From the NCBI GenBank assembly GCA_965223335.1, contig OZ244991.1, positions 1,312,001-1,376,000 of the forward strand: a stretch of DNA of 64,000 nucleotides, in the 5' to 3' direction. The position numbers were made by a program, and so were the translations under genes. This DNA comes from Thermodesulfobacteriota bacterium (lineage in GTDB: Bacteria; Desulfobacterota_D; UBA1144; Nemesobacterales; UBA2774). Of the stretch, positions 27,640-36,444 are shown in pieces (the stretch's first letter is position 1; each line of letters opens with the position of its first letter). The notes beneath the pieces are model-generated. The model saw only the letters and a program-made list of their open reading frames with translations. It searched no databases and was not told the origin of the DNA.

Positions 27640-28324
27640 TTGGTTCACATTACTGGGTTTAGGAAAATACGATTACATATTTGGAGCGATTCTGGTACTG
27701 CTCTTTTTAATCTATGCGGGGTTTAAGATTAAAAAGACGCTCTCTCGGGACGATGCGATTTTGCCCGACGAAAAGTTTTCTCTAAGAACCATATTTGAAA
27801 TTCTGACCATTGATTTTTTGTTCGACCTGTTTACCAACATGCTGGGGTCGAAAGAAAATGCAAAGAGGTATTTTCCAATCCTGGGTGCTTCATTTTTCTT
27901 TATTCTGTTTGCTAACCTGCTGGGTATAGTCCCCGGGTTTTTGCCCCCCACGGGTAACTTCAACACACCGGTGGCCTGTGCAATCGTAATCTTTGTGCTC
28001 TATAACTACTATGGGTTTAAGGAAAACGGCATAAGCTACTTAAAGCACTTTGCGGGGCCTGTGCTCTTTTTAGCACCCCTTATGTTTATAATCGAGGTCA
28101 TTAGTCATTTTGTAAGGCCTATATCCCTCTCACTTAGGCTCTTTATGAACATTACAGGTGACCACATGGTGTTGGGTGTATTCACCAACTTGGTTCACTA
28201 CATAATACCGGCCATATTTGTCGGGCTAGGTATTTTTGTTTCTATACTACAGGCATTCATTTTCACGGTGTTGTCAGCGATATACATCTCATTGGCTACT
28301 GCTCATGATGCGGAGATTGAATAA
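27626..28324 (+). CDS. atpB: F0 subunit a
   Basis: FFFILFANLLG, RPISLSLRLFMN (essential Arg), LQAFIFTVLSAIYI. Confidence 0.96.
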   Translation: MEHFSWFTLLGLGKYDYIFGAILVLLFLIYAGFKIKKTLSRDDAILPDEKFSLRTIFEILTIDFLFDLFTNMLGSKENAKRYFPILGASFFFILFANLLGIVPGFLPPTGNFNTPVACAIVIFVLYNYYGFKENGISYLKHFAGPVLFLAPLMFIIEVISHFVRPISLSLRLFMNITGDHMVLGVFTNLVHYIIPAIFVGLGIFVSILQAFIFTVLSAIYISLATAHDAEIE

Positions 28325-28373
28325 AATTGGAAAATAAACACAATAACATTTACAACCTTAAGGAGGTATGCAG

Positions 28374-28700
28374 ATGAGAAAGGTACTTACATTTCTTTCT
28401 GTAATCGGTGTGGCTGTTGTAGCCGGATTGTTCCCTGAGTCTGCTTTTGCTGCTGAGTCGGGCGGGGGTGAGATGACCAAATTGGGTCTGGCACTCGGTG
28501 CTGGGCTTGGAATAGGGATTGCTGCCGGTGTTGCAGGTCTCGGTCAGGGGCGCGCAACTGCTGCTGCACTTAGCGGAATTGCCAGAAACCCGGGTGCGAG
28601 CTCAAAGATTCTAACCCCGATGATCATCGGTCTTGCTCTAATAGAATCTCTGGTTATCTATGCTCTACTTATAGCATTTCTGCTGCAAGGTAAAATATAA
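28374..28700 (+). CDS. atpE: F0 subunit c with N-terminal signal-like extension
   Basis: Gly-rich helix, ARNP loop, [16 protein letters not shown] 7 nt before ATG 28374. Confidence 0.96.
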   Translation: MRKVLTFLSVIGVAVVAGLFPESAFAAESGGGEMTKLGLALGAGLGIGIAAGVAGLGQGRATAAALSGIARNPGASSKILTPMIIGLALIESLVIYALLIAFLLQGKI

Positions 28701-28715
28701 ACAAAATGGCTTTAA

Positions 28716-28753
28716 ATGGGGGAGAGTGATACACACGCTCCCCCATGGTTTTT
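28716..28753 (+). terminator. Intrinsic terminator after atpE
   Basis: ATGGGGGAG...CTCCCCCAT 9-bp stem, then GGTTTTT. Confidence 0.7.
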
Positions 28754-28790
28754 GATTGGGCATTATCTAATCAGTTTAAATCGGGTGAAA

Positions 28791-29255
28791 ATGACTAGCC
28801 ATAAATGTTATGTTAACTGCTCGCTTAAACTCGTTCTGATTATCCCGCTTATCTTTTTGCTTAACTGCTCACCGGGGGACATTACCGGTGCGGACCATGT
28901 TAAGAACCTATCAGACACCACAAATCTCTACTATAAACTGCTTATGTGGAAGTACTATGATAAAGCCACCAGGTTTATAGACCCCGAGATGGCAAAGCAG
29001 TATGAGGAATTTGTGGATAGGAACGAAAAAGATCTGAACATCACTAATTATGAGATAAAAGAGGTGGTCATGATCGACGGCGGGGGCGGAGAGACTAAAG
29101 ACGGGGATCCGAAGTCAAGCATAGTTCGCGTGACATTCACATACTACAAGTACCCATCGGTGTCTGAAAAGACCAAAACGCTTGAGGACACATGGATAAG
29201 GCTCGATAAGCGGTGGTACATCTCGTCGGAGTTCGAAGAAGGCACTTTTGATTAG
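28791..29255 (+). CDS. Hypothetical lipoprotein
   Basis: Hydrophobic stretch ending LLNC; start moved from 28716, which lies in the atpE terminator stem. Confidence 0.68.
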   Translation: MTSHKCYVNCSLKLVLIIPLIFLLNCSPGDITGADHVKNLSDTTNLYYKLLMWKYYDKATRFIDPEMAKQYEEFVDRNEKDLNITNYEIKEVVMIDGGGGETKDGDPKSSIVRVTFTYYKYPSVSEKTKTLEDTWIRLDKRWYISSEFEEGTFD

Positions 29256-29288
29256 CACTAAACCTAAGCAATATGAACACTCCAATTA

Positions 29289-30653
29289 TTATTTGCCCTC
29301 GATCGGGTAGTTCTCCGAAACAAACTTTTTAGCTTGCTCTTTGTCTTGTATCTCGCCCTCTAGTTGTGCCTCTTCAACAGAGTTTAGGATCTCGGAGAAT
29401 AGCGGCCCTGGAGCATAGCCCATGTATATGAGGTCATTTCCGTCAAGTAGTTGGGCCGGTCTTATGTCCTCTATCTGGAACTCCTCCATTTTCTCACGAA
29501 CGAATTCATATGCCTCCATCATCCCGTGGCTCGCCTGACAGTCGGCGAGGTGTAGGCTCAGATGGTCTTCGAAATAAGGCATACCTATAAAGCGCTTTAG
29601 GGTGCTTACCCTCATTTTGGTTACATCTTTAAACTTGAGGTGCTCGCGGACCAATGACTCGATCCTCTCGACCTGTTTGTTAGAGAACTTAAGCTCTTTG
29701 CATATTTTCTTTGACATCTGGGCACCCAGGCGGTCGTGTCCGTTAAACCGTATTCTGTCGGATACAGTATAGGTAGGGGGTTTGCCGATATCGTGGAGCA
29801 GTGCTCCCATTGCCAACTCTGGACCCACATCCCCATTGCAGTTTGTGTATAGGTAGTCGAGTACAAGGCAGGTGTGTGTAAAAACATCACCTTCGGGGTG
29901 GAATTCAGGTGGCTGTTCTACTCCATACATCTTATCTACATCGGGGAGTATATAGGGGAGTATTCCGGTCTCGCGAAGAGCCGTTAATCCCTTACCGGGA
30001 TTTTCCTGCGAGATTATTTTTACAATCTCGTCCCTCAAGCGTTCGTTGCTGACCTGTACAATCTGGGGGGCCATTTCCTTGATTGCGCAGAGCGTGTCCG
30101 GGTTGTACTCAAACCCAAAGCGTGAACCGAACCGAACTGCCCTTATGAGCCTTAGCTTATCCTCTGTGAATCGTAGATGCGCATCGCCTATGGTTTGTAT
30201 CAGTTTTTTCTCAAGGTCTTTAAGCCCGCCCACATAGTCAATAACCTGCTCGGTGATCGGATCGTATAGCATCCCGTTTATTGTGAAGTCGCGCCTTAGC
30301 ACGTCCTGTTCCACATCAGTGCTAAACGACACATCGTCTGGGCGCCGGCCGTCTGAGTAGCTTACGTCTTGTCGGTAAGTAGCTACCTCGTATTTAAACT
30401 CGTCTTCGAGTACCAGCACTACACCGAAACTCGCACCCACAGGTACAGTGTGGTCAAACACACTCATCACTTCGTCGGGGGTGGCATCGGTAGTAATGTC
30501 ATACTCTGAGGGTGCGGTGCCCAGTACCATGTCACGCACACACCCACCCACACAGTAGGCCTCGTAACCCTCGTCCTTTAGCCTGAGCACTAGTTTCTTT
30601 GCCGTATCATAGAGCTCGCTCGTGTAAGGTTTTAATTCCAATAGTTCCTTCAT
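29289..30653 (-). CDS. cca: CCA tRNA nucleotidyltransferase with HD domain
   Basis: VGGCVRD, YDITT, loop RQDVSYSDGRRP, RRDFTIN, EDKLRLIRAVRF, HPEGDV..HT, LLHDIGKP. Confidence 0.9.
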   Translation of the reverse strand: MKELLELKPYTSELYDTAKKLVLRLKDEGYEAYCVGGCVRDMVLGTAPSEYDITTDATPDEVMSVFDHTVPVGASFGVVLVLEDEFKYEVATYRQDVSYSDGRRPDDVSFSTDVEQDVLRRDFTINGMLYDPITEQVIDYVGGLKDLEKKLIQTIGDAHLRFTEDKLRLIRAVRFGSRFGFEYNPDTLCAIKEMAPQIVQVSNERLRDEIVKIISQENPGKGLTALRETGILPYILPDVDKMYGVEQPPEFHPEGDVFTHTCLVLDYLYTNCNGDVGPELAMGALLHDIGKPPTYTVSDRIRFNGHDRLGAQMSKKICKELKFSNKQVERIESLVREHLKFKDVTKMRVSTLKRFIGMPYFEDHLSLHLADCQASHGMMEAYEFVREKMEEFQIEDIRPAQLLDGNDLIYMGYAPGPLFSEILNSVEEAQLEGEIQDKEQAKKFVSENYPIEGK

Positions 30654-30732
30654 TGTTTTATATTCCGAGTTTTGATGTATATTTTACACTCTATCTGAGC
30701 AAAGATAATCTTGGGGTACCGAATTTTCCATT

Positions 30733-31746
30733 ATGAAATACAATACCATACCAGAGCTCATAGATGCTCGAGTCAAGGAGTACGGATCGAGGCTCTTGTT
30801 TCAGCAGCGAGACGGCTGGAGCTGGAAACAGATCACATGGCTCGATTTTGATCGCAGTGTAAAGAATGTAGCCTCGTATATGCTCGGCCAGGGTTTTAGT
30901 GTGGGAGATAGTGCCGTGTTTATGAGCGCTAACCGTTTGGAATCCCTTGAGACTGAGGTTGCGGTGCTTCATTTAGGCGGGGTAATAATCCCGGTTGAGT
31001 CCGTTTCTGATATTGAAGTGCTTAAATCGCAGGATATAGGGGAATCGGTAAGGTTTATTATTATAGATGATCTTAGTGCTCTCGATAGCGTGATTGCTCT
31101 CTCGAGTGAGTTCCCGGGGCTTAGATCCATTGTCGTCTTCACTGGCCAAAGGATTGAGCACCAAGGGGTGCTTAACTTTAAGTCTGTGCTAAAAGAGGGC
31201 TTGTTAAGCCGTAAAAAGCTAACTGATGAGCTTAGAGAAAGATCTCAGAGCGTGGGGCCGGACACGTTAGCGGGAGTTTTTTACGAAGCCGGTGAGAGTG
31301 GGCCGAATACCACTGAACTCACACACAAACAAATCGTTGATTCGCTGTTAAATGTATCCGGTAAGCTATCTTTCCTTACCGAAGAGGACCAGTTCTACTC
31401 GTATATGTCAACGGCAAGTCCCTACGGAAAGTTCATTAACTATCTGGCTCTGTTTACCACAAGCAGGGCTGCCATGGCAGAGACTCCCGAAGACTTTGTA
31501 GAGGATGTGCTAGAGGTCATGCCCACTCTGCTGTTTAAAACAAAGAAGGGTATGGAACAAATTTGCGTCTCGTTACTTTCGTACACCAACGGTGCGAGTT
31601 CAGAGAACAAGCTAGTAAACATATTGGGAAGAAGGATCAAATATGTGCTTACGGATGACCTGCCCGCGGAGGATATCGTGGAGCTGTTTGAAGAGGGCGG
31701 GATCAAGGTAATACATATCACAGAGCTAAATGACCCTATGGACTAA
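30733..31746 (+). CDS. Truncated, degenerate long-chain acyl-CoA synthetase-like (AMP-binding) protein
   Basis: FadD-like N-terminus (WKQITW..F...V..VASY....G...GD); P-loop region degenerate; ends near motif A5. Confidence 0.7.
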   Translation: MKYNTIPELIDARVKEYGSRLLFQQRDGWSWKQITWLDFDRSVKNVASYMLGQGFSVGDSAVFMSANRLESLETEVAVLHLGGVIIPVESVSDIEVLKSQDIGESVRFIIIDDLSALDSVIALSSEFPGLRSIVVFTGQRIEHQGVLNFKSVLKEGLLSRKKLTDELRERSQSVGPDTLAGVFYEAGESGPNTTELTHKQIVDSLLNVSGKLSFLTEEDQFYSYMSTASPYGKFINYLALFTTSRAAMAETPEDFVEDVLEVMPTLLFKTKKGMEQICVSLLSYTNGASSENKLVNILGRRIKYVLTDDLPAEDIVELFEEGGIKVIHITELNDPMD

Positions 31747-32912
31747 TCCTCTTTCGAGTCTACAGAGCAGGTAGCGCTACCCTTACTGAAACTTAGTCTT
31801 AGAGTATCACCCTCGGTCAACTGACCCGAATCCGACACGACATTCATCTCAGGAAGTTTATACGCTATGCTGTAGCCGCGGTGAAGCACTTTAAGGGGGC
31901 TTAGTGCATCGAGCTTGCCCGCAAGCGATCCTAAGTCCGAAGACATTTTGTCCACCGTCTGCTTAAGGGTTCGCACTATATCGTTTTCGATCTGGTCGAT
32001 TTCGCGTGAATATGTCTCGAGGCGGTTCTTTAGCAATAGTGCCATCCTACCTCTAATATCCTCTAGCTCAGACACGAGCTCTCTTTTTTCCCTTACAGCG
32101 ATCTCTGAGGCAGCAGACGGGGTAGGTGCACGTACGTCTGCTACAAGATCCGCAACTGTTATATCAATCTCGTGCCCAACGGCCGAGATCACAGGTACCG
32201 GTGACCTTGCTATGGTCCTAGCCAGGGCCTCGTCGTTAAAGCACCAGAGGTCTTCTTTGGACCCGCCCCCTCGAGCGAGGATAATAAGATCGATCTCTGT
32301 TGCGGCGTAGAGCTTCTCAAGTGCTCGGATAATATCCGCTGCGGCTTGGTCCCCCTGGACCCTGGCCGGGGATATAAGAATCTCGAGGTTTGGAAACCTG
32401 CGCCCGAGGATTTGCAGTATGTCTCTGAGTGCGGCCCCGGTAGGGGAGGTTACGATACCTATTTTGCGTGGTAAAAAGGGCAGCTCTCTTTTTCTGGCTA
32501 CGTCGAACAGGCCCTCTTTTAGCAGCTTTTCTTTAAGTTGCTCTAGCGCAAGGGCGTCAGCCCCAACTCCCTTGGGTTCCATGGAGCGCACAGTTATCTG
32601 GTATATGCCGCTTTTCTCATATACCCCTATCTGCCCCGTGCAGATCACCTCCATGCCATCCTCCGGTAAAAATTTTATGCCCTGGTTAGCCCATTTAAAA
32701 CAGACAGCGGAGAGCTGGGAATTGGCGTCTTTTAATGAAAAATACCAATGACCGCTCGAGTAGTTGCCCCTGAAGTTAGAGACCTCTCCCGCTACCCATA
32801 CATATTCGAACCCGATCTCTTGCTCAATCGTATCCTTTATACGCTCTGTGATCTCAGAGACTGTATAGATATGGCCGGTGAGCAGGTCGTCTAGGGAAGG
32901 TTGTTTCTCCAC
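31743..32912 (-). CDS. xseA: Exodeoxyribonuclease VII large subunit
   Basis: GEVSN, GHWYFSLKD, TSPTGAALRD, RGGGSKEDLWCFN, SAVGHEID, RAPTPSAA, LSPLKVL.RGY. Confidence 0.96.
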   Translation of the reverse strand: MEKQPSLDDLLTGHIYTVSEITERIKDTIEQEIGFEYVWVAGEVSNFRGNYSSGHWYFSLKDANSQLSAVCFKWANQGIKFLPEDGMEVICTGQIGVYEKSGIYQITVRSMEPKGVGADALALEQLKEKLLKEGLFDVARKRELPFLPRKIGIVTSPTGAALRDILQILGRRFPNLEILISPARVQGDQAAADIIRALEKLYAATEIDLIILARGGGSKEDLWCFNDEALARTIARSPVPVISAVGHEIDITVADLVADVRAPTPSAASEIAVREKRELVSELEDIRGRMALLLKNRLETYSREIDQIENDIVRTLKQTVDKMSSDLGSLAGKLDALSPLKVLHRGYSIAYKLPEMNVVSDSGQLTEGDTLRLSFSKGSATCSVDSKED

Positions 32913-32986
32913 TCTCTGAATTATTTGGAATTACACCAGTGTAGTCAAGTATCGGTTGCAATATGGAGTTGAATTGCTGGATTGTA

Positions 32987-33484
32987 TTAATCTAAGAGTT
33001 TGGGGTTTGAGCTCGTAATATAATCAATAATTACAGGGTCTAATGTCGTATTGCGCAACGAAAGCGCTTTTATAAGCTGATCGCCTTTTAGTTTTTTTGC
33101 CCCGCTTAGGTCTGCATTCTCAAGGTCTGCACTGTCTAGGTTAGCTAATATCATTGTAGCCTCTTTAAGCACGGCACCACGCAAAACGGCACCCCGGAGG
33201 TGTGACCCCTCCATGTTTGCCCCGTCCAACCGCGCATTGTTGAGTGTCGCACCCTCGAGGTTGGTTCCATAGAGGTTGCTTTCACTTAGGTCTGCGCCGC
33301 TTAAATTGCTGTTTTTACAAAAGGCGAGCTTTAGGTTGGCCCCCGCCAGGTTTATGCCCCTTAGGTCCGAGTCGGTCAGACTTGCCCACGAGAGGTCAGG
33401 GTCAATATCGGGGTTCTGCTCCCGCCATTGGTTCCATACCTCTACGCCGCTTTTCAATATTTTTATATGATCGGGATTGGCCAT
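32987..33484 (-). CDS. Pentapeptide repeat protein
   Basis: A[DN]Lxx repeats after the GVEVWNQWR N-terminal motif. Confidence 0.9.
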   Translation of the reverse strand: MANPDHIKILKSGVEVWNQWREQNPDIDPDLSWASLTDSDLRGINLAGANLKLAFCKNSNLSGADLSESNLYGTNLEGATLNNARLDGANMEGSHLRGAVLRGAVLKEATMILANLDSADLENADLSGAKKLKGDQLIKALSLRNTTLDPVIIDYITSSNPKLLD

Positions 33485-33505
33485 GGATGAGGAGTATTTT
33501 CTGTG

Positions 33506-33688
33506 CTATTGTGCAAATATTTTCAATGCCGAATACATGATATAGAGCGCCATGAGCAATAGAATTATTCGCCTCAGGACCCCGCGCACCCCACCTACCC
33601 TAACTCCCATCTCTTCACCGCAGTTGGGGCAGGTATCGGTCTTAATGCTTATCTCATAACCACATTCGTTGCATTTGGATACTTTCAT
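33506..33688 (-). CDS. Small zinc-ribbon membrane protein
   Basis: CNECG...CPNCG followed by one TM helix. Confidence 0.72.
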   Translation of the reverse strand: MKVSKCNECGYEISIKTDTCPNCGEEMGVRVGGVRGVLRRIILLLMALYIMYSALKIFAQ

Positions 33689-33693
33689 CGCTA

Positions 33694-35172
33694 TTAACTC
33701 ACTCTCTTTAATGCGGGCCCGGTCAGGTTGGGATGGTGTTTCTCTATCTCATCAGTGAGTGTGGCTATCACGGCTTTTATATCCCACTGTGCCCCTTCCG
33801 ACATTCTGAGGTTGATCAAATGATATAGCTCCCATAGGTCAAACTTTCCTATGAGTGCTCTATTATGTGCGTTGGTCACCACATAGCTCGCCACCTGCGG
33901 CATGTTTTCGTTTAATAGGGCCTGATAGAGGCTCTCGCTTAACCCCACAGCCTCTTGGAGCAGGTCTTCCACACCCGCTTCTTTAATGTTGGGCGGGACG
34001 GTTATGCCGTTATGGATATCGGGCTCTTTATAGATCCAGTTCACCTTGCGATGGCGGAGCAGTTGGTGCCAGCACGCCTCGCTTATTATAAACTCGGCCT
34101 CGTACTCTACATACCTAAATGCGTTTACGGGGTTGTCGTATTTTCCCAGGTCCTGAGTGATCTTTTGGAGCAAGCCGAGTTTTTCATTTAGGTCCATACT
34201 GTTTAATTTGCTCTCGACTGTGGTGTAATTCTGTGTGGAGTGCTCATATACCATGGCGTTTATCATCTTAGACAGTGCATAGTTTTCGGGCTCGTCCCGG
34301 TCTTTGCCTGTCCAATCGATTAATGACACTTGATGACCGTTGCTTTTTTGCCTCGGGGTTCTAGGGTCCTCTTTAAAAATAGATTTAAAAGAGGACCTTG
34401 CTCCCCGCAGGTATGCATTTTCGTCAGCGTATTTAACTAGTGTGGGTACGGAGAACCTGACCTCTTCTTTTATTTCCTCGGCCCTTTGTCTGACTTCGGG
34501 GTAGCTGTTTGAGAGCAGTTTTGTTAGCGAATCTTCTATGGCCCTGGCGTTGCCGGTCATACCCAGGTTGGTAAAGGTCGCCATGCTTAGCACATATCTT
34601 GCGTCCTCAAACGCAACCTTCTCGAGCGCCCTGAAATGAGCCTTCTCGTCTGTGCCGTCCGGTGTGGGAATAACGTTTGTGAGGTATGAGTATAAAGCGT
34701 CGTTAATCTCGGCATATAAATCGTATAACTTGTTGTTAACATCGATATACTCTTTTCTTAGCGCTTCGTTTTCACCTAATTCCGGGGGTATATAAAAGTC
34801 GCCCCTCTTGGGTCTTTGATAGCGCTGGGAGTATTCGGTAAACGATAGGTATTCGTTTGAGAGCTCGAGTACAGACGAAAAGAGTCTCGACACCCTTTCT
34901 ATGCCCACGTGCACTGCAGCGTGTTCCGCAACCGAGGCGTGGCCGTAGTTTAGCACCCATTTCTCGTGGAATTTGCTTGCGCGTTGTTGCCCGAGCTGCT
35001 CTTCCTCAATAACTACACCGATGTTTTCTCTAAAGCTCTTTGGGCTGCGGCTGACATATGCGAATATAACGGCTACAACCTCTTCGGGGATGTTGCTTAC
35101 CGTGTATATATCCCTGTCGGTATTCGATACGTACTGGCTTATGTCATGGGGATGGGCTTTTTCTTTAGCCAT
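33694..35172 (-). CDS. thyX: FAD-dependent thymidylate synthase, tandem-domain form
   Basis: GHASVAEH, EYSQRY and EDARYVL in the first half; HQLLRHR and LR....AQWDI in the second; 492 aa. Confidence 0.85.
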   Translation of the reverse strand: MAKEKAHPHDISQYVSNTDRDIYTVSNIPEEVVAVIFAYVSRSPKSFRENIGVVIEEEQLGQQRASKFHEKWVLNYGHASVAEHAAVHVGIERVSRLFSSVLELSNEYLSFTEYSQRYQRPKRGDFYIPPELGENEALRKEYIDVNNKLYDLYAEINDALYSYLTNVIPTPDGTDEKAHFRALEKVAFEDARYVLSMATFTNLGMTGNARAIEDSLTKLLSNSYPEVRQRAEEIKEEVRFSVPTLVKYADENAYLRGARSSFKSIFKEDPRTPRQKSNGHQVSLIDWTGKDRDEPENYALSKMINAMVYEHSTQNYTTVESKLNSMDLNEKLGLLQKITQDLGKYDNPVNAFRYVEYEAEFIISEACWHQLLRHRKVNWIYKEPDIHNGITVPPNIKEAGVEDLLQEAVGLSESLYQALLNENMPQVASYVVTNAHNRALIGKFDLWELYHLINLRMSEGAQWDIKAVIATLTDEIEKHHPNLTGPALKRVS

Positions 35173-35240
35173 GATTACTCCGTTTGGTTTGTATTACTGC
35201 TTTGCTCGGTGCACGGTTGTTTCTAGTTCGTAGGACCGTG

Positions 35241-35993
35241 CTATGTAACAGTGATACCCTCTTTTACCTTTTTTGCAATATGGGGGAGCACTAAACTCGG
35301 TTTTCCGTAAATCACTGCGTCAACGTAATCGTCTGCATCGCTTGGTTTTTCGCTGATTATAACTACCTTGCATTCGTTCTCTTTGGCCAAAAAAGGGAAA
35401 GAGGCAACGGGCTCTGCATCCAGTGTAGCACCCACAACCAAAAACAGATCGCTGTGGTGAAGCCGTATCCACGCCTCCCTTACCTCCCAGTGGGGTAGCG
35501 GCTGGCCGGGGAACGATATTGGGGGTTTTAGTTGGTCGCCACCGCACTCTCTGCACTCGGGGACCTCTATGCCCGAGTCGAGCAGGTCTAAAATCTCGTT
35601 CATTGAATAGTCTTTTCCGCAGTTCGTGCATGTGACCCATTGCAGGCTGCTATGAAGCTCTATTACATTTGTGCTCCCTGCTTTATGGTGAAGGCCGTCG
35701 GTGGTTTGAGTAAAGATGCAGTCTAAGTTCCCAAGCAACTCGAGCTCAACGAGTGCCTGGTGGGCCAGACTGGGTTCGGCCTGGGCAAGTACGGGGTAGG
35801 TGTCGCGAATCTTGCTCCAATAGGCGGCTTTTATGTTTCGGTCCTCGCGAAAATCCCTTATGTGGGGGTTTAATCTAGGGTCTGAGAAATCGGGTAGTCC
35901 CGATTCGGCAGAGAGTTCGGGACCGGTGAGTACCACCATCTTTTGTGCGTTTTGAATCCACTCCACAACAATGTCGACGACATCGACTTCCAT
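35241..35993 (-). CDS. Sir2/CobB-fold protein with atypical NAD-binding motifs
   Basis: LTG..LSAESGLPDF, AH.AL, TQ..DGLH.KAG, ELH, two CxxC; several canonical residues replaced. Confidence 0.85.
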   Translation of the reverse strand: MEVDVVDIVVEWIQNAQKMVVLTGPELSAESGLPDFSDPRLNPHIRDFREDRNIKAAYWSKIRDTYPVLAQAEPSLAHQALVELELLGNLDCIFTQTTDGLHHKAGSTNVIELHSSLQWVTCTNCGKDYSMNEILDLLDSGIEVPECRECGGDQLKPPISFPGQPLPHWEVREAWIRLHHSDLFLVVGATLDAEPVASFPFLAKENECKVVIISEKPSDADDYVDAVIYGKPSLVLPHIAKKVKEGITVT

Positions 35994-36001
35994 AAGTTAG
36001 G

Positions 36002-36031
36002 ATTATACAATCATGTGCTAAAATCTGTCAA
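36002..36031 (-). promoter_or_regulatory. Consensus sigma70 promoter of the sirtuin-like gene
   Basis: TTGACA-N18-TATAAT, 8 nt before ATG 35993. Confidence 0.72.
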
Positions 36032-36102
36032 CGAAGCGCAGTTTGCAATGAGAGGTTTTATATTTTGCCGCATTTGCATATATATTATTTGATACCAACG
36101 AT

Positions 36103-36444
36103 ATGAAGCATAGACCTCAAGAGATTACGGAGTTCAGCGATAGTGCACTCGAGATCCTATGGGATGATGGGCATAACAGTATCTATCTGTACGAAGACCT
36201 GCGCCAGGAGTGTCCGTGTGCAACATGCAGGAGTCTTAGGAAAAATAGCAAGAGCGGGAAGCTGCCTTTCAAAAAGAAAATCCCTCTAAACACCAATTCA
36301 CCTAGCATTAAACCCCTAGGCATAGAGCAGGTAGGGCACTATGCGGTGAAATTCAGGTGGAGCGACCGACACGACACAGGCATATACACCTACGATATGT
36401 TGAGGGGGCTTTGTACCTGTGAGGATTGCTCCCGGGATCGCTGA
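36103..36444 (+). CDS. DUF971 / gamma-butyrobetaine hydroxylase N-terminal-like protein
   Basis: LEILWDDGH.S.Y...LR..CPCATC, VGHYAV...WSD.HDTGIY. Confidence 0.85.
   Translation: MKHRPQEITEFSDSALEILWDDGHNSIYLYEDLRQECPCATCRSLRKNSKSGKLPFKKKIPLNTNSPSIKPLGIEQVGHYAVKFRWSDRHDTGIYTYDMLRGLCTCEDCSRDR

Noticed and set aside
28716..28790. Upstream start of the 179-aa ORF
   Set aside because: The ATG lies in the atpE terminator stem; 28791 gives a normal lipoprotein signal.
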